A DNA stretch of 63,977 nt, filler included, from Collodictyon triciliatum (Eukaryota): the NCBI GenBank assembly GCA_043381765.1. It is 6 parts of 6 records of this genome, joined end to end, with 100 filler letters (N's around TTAATTAATTAA, not from the genome) between each part and the next. Parts side by side here need not be neighbours in the genome. Positions count along the whole stretch, not along the records: positions 48,921 to 61,078 come from JBHJMP010002228.1; positions 61,179 to 63,977 come from JBHJMP010002286.1; 4 more parts are not named here. The stretch is one strand, 5' to 3'. The first letter of the stretch is position 1. Each line of letters opens with the position of its first letter. The position numbers and the translations under genes were made by a program. Shown here in pieces: positions 48,821 to 63,977 of the stretch. The notes beneath the pieces were generated by a model that did no database searches, was not told the origin of the DNA, and saw only the letters and a list, made by a program, of their open reading frames with translations.

Positions 48821-48969
48821 NNNNNNNNNNNNNNNNNNNNNNNNNNNNNNNNNNNNNNNNNNNNTTAATTAATTAANNNNNNNNNNNNNNNNNNNNNNNN
48901 NNNNNNNNNNNNNNNNNNNNTCTTTTATTTTGTATTTCTTTTATGCATGTGTAAATATTATTTAGTAGT

Positions 48970-49075
48970 TGTGGTGGTAGTGGTAGTGGTAGTGGTAGTG
49001 GTAGTGGTAGTGGTAGTGGTAGTGGTAGTGGTAGTGGTAGTGGTAGTGGTAGTGGTAGTGGTAGTGGTAGTGGGA
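48970..49075. repeat. (GTAGTG)n microsatellite
   Basis: Directly visible. Confidence 0.95.
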
Positions 49076-49138
49076 GTGGTTGTGGTAGTGGGAATGGGAG
49101 TGGTAGTAGCAGTAGAAAATCAGGCATAAATGAGATAC

Positions 49139-51750
49139 TTTGGCGCTCCAATTAAGTGAAATGGATGTGATAAATCCACAATCTGAAGCTCTTCATGTAT
49201 ACTTTCAAGTCTAGTGTCTGCAGACTGCAATTCTTTGCCATTGCAATAGTCCTAGAATTGGATATAGAATCACACTTGTTATTATAAGTATATTTAATAA
49301 AGCATTTTTGAGAGAAACATCTCTGTGAAATCATTCAGCCTATCATATTGTGTAATAAAGTATGGTAGGTACCTGGATTTCATTCCATGTCTCCCAAGAG
49401 CATATAATCTACGTTAAAAAAATCGTGTGTTATTGTGTATAAACCTCATAATGAAAAAGAGGTGGTATTTTTCTTCATATCGCAGCTAAATTTTCAATTC
49501 ACCTCCCCAGGATGTGCTTGTTCAGCTGCGTTATTCATTTGAAGCAACGGGTGACCAGCCACTAGGATTTCCCATTGCCCATTCAAGCCTCCAACTCTCC
49601 GAGTCCACACATCTCCAGCTCCGATTCCAATCATCAGCGACATCTTTGGTTTATTCGGAAAAGTGAATGAAATGGTATGAGGTAGTCATTCCGTGATTAT
49701 CAAAACGCTTTTTCTGATTTTGAGGGGCTATTCAAGAAAAAAAGAGCGCGCACAAAATAGTACCTTAGATTCTCCAACCAGATTATAGTTATGTAGATTT
49801 TTAGCCTGTAGATATGTTAAAATTTCGATATGAAATAAAGCGTATTTAGCTTGCTTCAATTGATGTGAAGATATATATATCAGTCCAATTTGGTTAGTGT
49901 GTACCAAGTAAATGGCACACTGTGCAGCTTTCCGGCAGGCTTGGCTGAGAGTGACGTACGATTTTGTTTGAGCTTCAGGTGTTGCTGCATCCACGTCTGG
50001 CTCATCCTTTATGACAGAAGAGTATTTCAAAAAAATCAAAAATTAATATATGCTCAAAGAGGATCTCTTAAAAAAAATCAATAAAAATCAATAAAACACG
50101 CAGTTTTGATTGGTTAAATTAAAAATATGAAAAATTCACCTCCGCTTGCCAGATGGCAAACAGTGATTGGCCTGTAATCTTCATGACATCCCCTTCAAAT
50201 TTTGATACTGCTCCGAGCAACATAGAGAAAAATTGACTGAATAAATTGGCGAGTCTTTCCGTCATCGTTTCTCCGTGTGATGTTGTCCCCTTGATACGAA
50301 TAAAAATAAAATAAAAAACAATATGTATGAGGAACAATAGAACACCCGTGAATATGAGATAAGATAAAGATCATAGTTGATGCTGCAAAGATGATATCTA
50401 AAACTGAATTGAACGGAGCAAGAAGATGGCTTATTGTAAGAGAATTAATCACCCCAACTCCCGCGACTTTTGAAGTGCTGCTTGAATGGTTCATTTGACG
50501 TGTTAAAGTTTGTGAAAATCCATGTATTTTGGCATACAAACAAGCTGCAGGTGCCCTATCATATTTATGGTTTTGATTTTAGTAAGAAAAAAATTAATTT
50601 AAATTTATAAAATCGACATGACGTTAATTAGACATTCCTTGTAATACAAAATATACATGCTGACACAGGAAAATATGAGGTACCTTTCGGCAGTTGGTGA
50701 GCTCACAGGGTTGCTTGTGATACTTCTCAAAAGTAATCTAGGCAGATACAAAGTGGCCCCCTCCATGTCAATATTTATAGGGCTACCAGTTCCCATATCC
50801 AAGTAAAGGGGTATTCCTGTCGTGTTTTGCTTCATCGACTTTGTTGGCTGGTTTGATGCATCCGTGCTTATCAGGTCTATACCAGTGGTTGGGTGCGTTG
50901 AAAGACTTGGGATTTGCATCGACCTTGTGATTGTCCCAGGGGAACGAATTTCTGGGTCCAAAGGGCTCTGGATTCGAGAGTGTGAGAGAATCTCGCCTTT
51001 TGGAGAGACCATCGGGCCGATAGAGATAGAAACTGTCTCATCAGATACAAGTTTTGATGCCTCGAGTATAGTTGGGACGGATGAGTGCTTCCGAAACGAA
51101 TTCCTGCGAGCCATACCCACCGCAGCAGCGTCTAAATGACCTGCTGGCTTTACAGAATTTCCTGGCAATCCGTCTGCATTTTCACCGATGTTGCCCTTAT
51201 TTGCGCCGTCAGGTCCGTTCGCGTGTGTACTCGCATTATCTGCTGTCGTATCGAACAAGGTGTTTTTTCCTCTGGGACTGGTAAAGTGGGCTGTTTGCTG
51301 TACGTCATATCCATCACTGGTGTCCAATGCGTCATCAGCAGCACGAATGTCAGCATAGGAGCGGGATATGCGTATATTTGATTCTCTGCTTGGATTGGGC
51401 ACTGGGTTTAGTTCATCCTCGAATCGCGAAGCAATCAACGGGCTGAGAACGGGTTGCTCGGGAGCAGACGATGCGGGCAGTGCGATGGCTGGTACATTAA
51501 TCGAGACAGGGACAGAGTTTGGCAGACCGCTTTGTGGGTCTTCGATGGTGGATGCACTGGGCAGTGCGGCTTCAAGTGAAGGGGCATTCCAACTTGTCGG
51601 GTTTGTGGAGGGCCTTTTGTGATGGTCTTCTTCGATATGGTCGTTGATTCCGTCGGCTGATTCGATTGATAGGATCGGCGCTGTTACGCTCTGCCGGGTT
51701 TGATCCGACACGGAAATGAGGGGGATGGAAGTGAAGGATCCGCTGGCCAT
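49139..51750 (-). CDS. ADCY10-like paralogue with long disordered N-terminus and catalytically degenerate C1 domain; 3' end lost in gap
   Basis: LYLPRLLLRSI...CLYAKIHGFS...TERLANLFSQFFSMLLGAVSKFEGDVMKITGQSLFAIW...IGIGAGDV...VGG...WEILVAGHPLLQMNNAAEQAHPGEIICS is colinear with sAC C1. Confidence 0.8.
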
Positions 51751-52747
51751 GTGGAGTGATGGCTGCTTCTCGCTTTGGAGGTGATTGGTCTGTGCTGAGA
51801 GAAAGAACTGGAGCGAATAGGATCGGCTGCTTTCTTCTGTTTCCTTGGTGCTTGTGTCTTCCTGTTCTGAACCTTTAAAAAAAAAAAAGAAAGAAAGAAA
51901 AAAGTGTTACGCTACGAGTGGCTTGACAGACTGACGATTCTCCTATGTTTGTTGTGGGTGTTTGTATTGTGCCTCTGGTTGAGAGGGAAAGGTGCAGAGA
52001 GTGTGGGAATATTATCATCCCGGTTGGCAGATAAAGCGCTGCGTTTTGTGTAAACCGTGTGGTTCAAGTATTGGTGTACATTATTTTATTGCATTTTTTT
52101 AGGAATATGTAATTGAATCAAAGGAGAGAATGATTACTTGTCTTGTTTTGTCAAACGAAAAAGAGAGAAGGAAAAAAGGACTAGACAAAGGGACAACTTC
52201 TTGCTTTTCTGAGGGCCGATTTGCAAACATTCTGTTTGTCGTTTGCTCGTTGGTTTTTCTTTTCAATCGGTAGAACAAAATCCGCTTGTGCAAGCAGAAT
52301 ACAAGTAGGAATGACAGCGAGGCTGCCTCCAAACTGCTTGGCTTCGCAGCACGACATGCCATCCTTGGCCGGCTCGAAAAAAAGGGCGGCCGAATGCATC
52401 AAAGGCAAAGAAGTTCGTTATGCGAAAGGAAAAAAAAAACGGACTCCGGATGTGGAAAGAATTACCTGATTTGGGTTGATGATCACACGCGAAGGCGTGG
52501 ATGCGTCTGATGCTACCCAGCAGCGACCCAATGCGATGTGTTGTGGACCATCCACAAGCTGCGGCACATCAACTCAGCGGCCAGCTTCTAAAGAACGCAA
52601 GGAAACCCCGGCATCTTGCACAAGAGCGAGAGGGGCTTGTGATGATGTGATGGCGATTGGTATGGCTGGATGTCGAGGTGGGTGTTTGTCTGTGTGGATA
52701 GGAGAGTCGAGTTTGGCATGTGGTTTGTCCATTTATGGGCTCGGTGC

Positions 52748-55847
<3,100 letters not shown>

Positions 55848-55866
55848 CTGCTCCGTTTAAGGGCCG

Positions 55867-55955
55867 TTTGTCTTTGTCTTTGTCTTTGTCTTTGTCTTTG
55901 TCTTTGTCTTTGTCTTTGTCTTTGTCTTTGTCTTTGTCTTTGTCTTTGTCTTTGT
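55867..55955. repeat. (TTTGTC)n microsatellite just upstream of the protease start
   Basis: Directly visible. Confidence 0.95.
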
Positions 55956-56732
55956 GTTTGAAGGGCTTGTGGGATCGTTTCTCGCCCTTCTTTCTTGGCG
56001 GCGCATATACATGTTATCTCTCTCCCTCTTCTACTCTCTCGGATTTGTGGGCCTCGCTTCGTCCATCTGAGCCTCTGGCTGGCTTCTCTGACTTACGCTG
56101 GCCTTCTTCACGAGTCTGATTTGTTGGCGTTCAACCAACGCGGCCGAGTTGTGTCCGCAGATTCATGGAAAATATATAGGGTGGCTACCTACCTGTCACA
56201 GGCCTATCTGTATATTCCAGAAGGAGAGGTTTTTGTTGTTGGGAGTATATTTGCGTGGAGCCTTCCAGATATAGAAATTCTAATCAGTGTTGTGGGTCTG
56301 CCGCCCAGATGCGTTTGTCGACGTTTGGTCGTCTAATTTCTATTTGTATATCTTTAATGTGGAAAATTGTTTTTATTCGTATGTGCAGCCCGCGGAGGGC
56401 GTTGTTGGTTCGCCTATTGTCTGCTCCTGGCTTGTCCGGATTTCTGTGAGGGAATTAATTGCGAACGGGGTATTGGCACCGGGCTTCGTTCTGATTCCCA
56501 CTTTAATCCGCCACAGCAAAATAGGAATCTGCCTCAGAGTCGTTAACAAAAAAACTGTAACCCTGTCTGTGTGTATTGGCCCGCGGCAAAAGTGGCGACA
56601 AAGGCAGTAGAAGGAAAAAGAAAAAAAAAAGAAAAACGAAAACGAAAGTAAAAGGGAAAAGAGGAAACCAAATGCCGTGGTCACGAAGGGCTCCTAGAGA
56701 CAAGGGCGGTCTGAGGCCAAATGACTAGCCTT

Positions 56733-60811
<4,079 letters not shown>

Positions 60812-61178
60812 TTCAGACTTTGCTTGTGGTGAGTTCTCTTCTGTATTGTTTGGTACTTTCAGTTGAAGTCGGAAAGATACTTTCACAAGGCAAATAATGA
60901 TCGCGCTTGGTTCGATTTTTCTTCGTATACGTTTGCTTTAGTTCTGGCGTTTATTGTTTCTCTTTTTGTTTTTTGCTTTTTGTTTTTTGTTTTTTGTTTT
61001 TTTGTTTTTTTGTTTTTTTGTTTTTTTTGTTTTTTTGTTTTTTTGTTTTTTTGTTTTTTTGTTTTTTTGTTTTTTTGTNNNNNNNNNNNNNNNNNNNNNN
61101 NNNNNNNNNNNNNNNNNNNNNNTTAATTAATTAANNNNNNNNNNNNNNNNNNNNNNNNNNNNNNNNNNNNNNNNNNNN

Positions 61179-61660
61179 AAAAGGATATAAAAAAGGATAT
61201 AAAAAAAGGATATAAAAAAAGGATATAAAAAAAGGATATAAAAAAAGGATATAAAAAAAGGATATAAAAAAGGATATAAAAAAGGATATAAAAAAGGATA
61301 TAAAAAAAGGACATAAATAGGATATAAAAAAGGACATAAATAGGATATAAAAAAGGATATAAAAAAAGGACATAAAAAAGGATATAAAAAAGGATATTAA
61401 AAAAGGATATTAAAAAAGGATATTAAAAAAGGATATAAAAAAGGATATAAAAAAGGATATAAAAAAAAAGGATATAAAAAAGGATAAAAAAAGATATAAA
61501 AAAAGATATAAAAAAGATATAAAAAAGATATAAAAAAAGATAGATATAAAAAGGATAAAAGTATAAAAGGATATAAAAAAGGACATAAGGATAAAAAGGA
61601 TAAAAAGGATAAAAAAGGATAAAAAAGGATAAAAAAGGATAAAAAAGGATAAAAGGGAAA
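61179..61660. repeat. Degenerate A(5-8)GGATAT minisatellite next to a gap
   Basis: Directly visible. Confidence 0.9.
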
Positions 61661-62407
61661 AGGAAGAAGCATAAAAATAAACTAAGTTCCCACCACAAAA
61701 GCATAATTTAATATAAGTTAACCTACTTGAGTAGAGACTATGGTGTGATTATTCCAGAACCTGTCCCGACTATCAAGGCACAAACAAATATGAACTCTCA
61801 TGAGCTCAAGATTCTTAAGGTTGGTATTCATATACTTTTCTTGGACAAAATTTATCGCTTCTTCCAAAATATATTCTCTGACTATTTGAAAAAACTTGAG
61901 CTTTTTTTATATGATTATATTATCAGAAATGCAATTGATCTGATAGTTAAACACATGTTATCTAAGCGAATATTTGGATAATAATGTTAATATTAACAAA
62001 GGAAAGAAAGGATGAATCACAGATAAAAATCAATTAATATTTTACCATTTAATTTCGTCATATTACTACCATTTCCAAAGACAACTAAATAAAATTTAAT
62101 ATTGTTGTGTTATGTGATGTAGCTGCATTTAGATTTTCAGATATATGCATATTTATCTTTGAATCGAATAAAATAAAAAAAAATGTATGCATATTTATAC
62201 AAACAAAAAATTGGACATATTTCAGCCATCGTTTCGCCCGCCATCTCCAAGTGTTGCGTGGGAATCTATTAAATCTTCCACAGGGAGGTTTGAATTTTTT
62301 TTTTTTTTTGGCTAGTCACTTATTTTGAAAAATGTAATTACGATTAATAATATTTCATTAAATCTATTGGGCTTTTCGTCGCACAATATACACAAATATT
62401 AAATTGA

Positions 62408-62894
62408 ATGTATAATTCAAATTATGATGCTATACGTAGTCGTCGTTCATCATCTGTCTGTTCACAGCGCAATTCGTCGAAATGTTCAGGAAATGATGCT
62501 AACAGTCCGCACGGATCACACCAAAGCCTATCCGGTTTCGTAGTCTTTATCTCGTTTCCTCGCATAAAATATTTCTCATTATTTGTCTTCAAAATGAAAG
62601 TTTTTTTTTTTTAAAAAAAAGTACACAAAAATTATTAAAAGCAGAAATACATTTATATATTTCTTTTTCACTTTGTTCTAAATGTGGTCTTAGAAATCAG
62701 CAACAGAATTATTTCAACACCTGAAAGAAGTAAGGCACCAAGAGAAGTCGGAAAAATATCCAGTCGTGATGAAATCAAAGACGTGATGGAAGGTGACAGA
62801 TTTCTTGTTATTTAATTAACACAACTATCACTTTTTCCTTGCAGTAAAATTCTTTCTCATTAATTTGTAATTTTCTTCATTTTTCGTTTTACTA

Positions 62895-62991
<97 letters not shown>

Positions 62992-63865
62992 TCTCAATTC
63001 AACTTCAGAAATCCAATATGGATTGACGAAGCCACAGTGCACGCACTGCTACAATTCAAACTTGGTACTTGTCACTACAATATACAATTAAATGGAGAAA
63101 CACTCATATTCATTCGTTTTTTCTTTTCTTTTTCACTCACAATATTACTCACAATATATACATTTGTCCCGTATTATCAGCTGGCCCATTCATTTCATTT
63201 CAATTTATGAGACAATAAGCCTCCGTAAAATGAACAGGTCGCCTGAATTTAAACAGGATTTTCTCGCACTATCCAGGCTAGATTGCGACAGATGCAGCAA
63301 AGTCTCACGAAATACGATGATGAGGAACGCACTCAGAGATTGGCTGCCGCAAGCGCCGTCATGAGAGAACAGGAACATGTATTCAAACACCAAAAGAAAT
63401 AATAACAATAATGATAGCAATAACAATAATAATAATTTAAAATCTCATATTAAAGCTATATCCTTATACCCACTAGTATTCCTTATTCTTTCTTAAATAT
63501 TTGATTTATTGTCTTTAAAATCGCACCTGAAACCAATCCAATATAATCCAATATGCCCGTACTCTTTTCAATCAACCCAGGAGCACATGAGAGAAAGGCA
63601 GCAGATGGTTCGAAGAGATCTGGTGGACCAGATGAACAGGAGTAGAGACGTACAGGATGAGAAATCTAGACTTGCTCAGGTCCAGAAAAACTGAATCTGA
63701 TTCTCTCAAATACATTTCCTTTCCTTCCTAATACCCGAAGGAAAACAATGCAGATGGAGAGGGAAGAGTACGTGCGAAGAAGGGACATGGGTGCTGACCA
63801 ATGGGCAAAGCAGAAAGAGGCAGAGTATAGCAAGCGAAATCTAGCCCAAGCGGCATATCGAAGGG
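62408..63865 (+). CDS. Partial hypothetical protein with two CxxC motifs and a charged coiled coil; runs off the window
   Basis: Exons encode PQCTHCYNSN, LDCDRCSK, EHMRERQQMVRRDLVDQM and MEREEYVRRRD...AQAAYRR. Start uncertain; another exon may lie at ~61737-61819. Confidence 0.5.
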
Positions 63866-63885
63866 TTGGTGCCTCTGGAATTCTT

Positions 63886-63977
<92 letters not shown>

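Overview
Intron-dense eukaryotic (protist-like) draft scaffold, full of microsatellites and broken by several assembly gaps. I saw no rRNA, tRNA or CRISPR features. All gene models were spliced by eye using GT/GC-AG boundaries and phase matching, so internal exon limits are approximate. Genes in order: divergent Sec24 (+); a Ser/Pro-rich orphan (-); a 14xWD40 + 7xFG-GAP propeller protein (+); an Ig(A9)-PH SCAB-like protein (+); cytosolic prolyl-tRNA synthetase (-); an unknown gene (+); a C-terminal RING protein with a duplicated 5' end (-); a mitochondrial-type TilS homologue with a degenerate active site (-); kinesin-8 (+); a 5'-truncated LINE fragment (-); a complete ADCY10-like cyclase-STAND-TPR gene (-) and, upstream of it, a paralogue lacking both catalytic aspartates (-); a bacterial-type lysyl endopeptidase with 8 introns (-); CDC48/p97 (-); and a partial coiled-coil gene (+). 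The best leads are the active/dead cyclase pair, the pseudo-TilS, the triple-propeller protein and the Lys-C-like protease. Family calls come from motif recognition only, with no database search.
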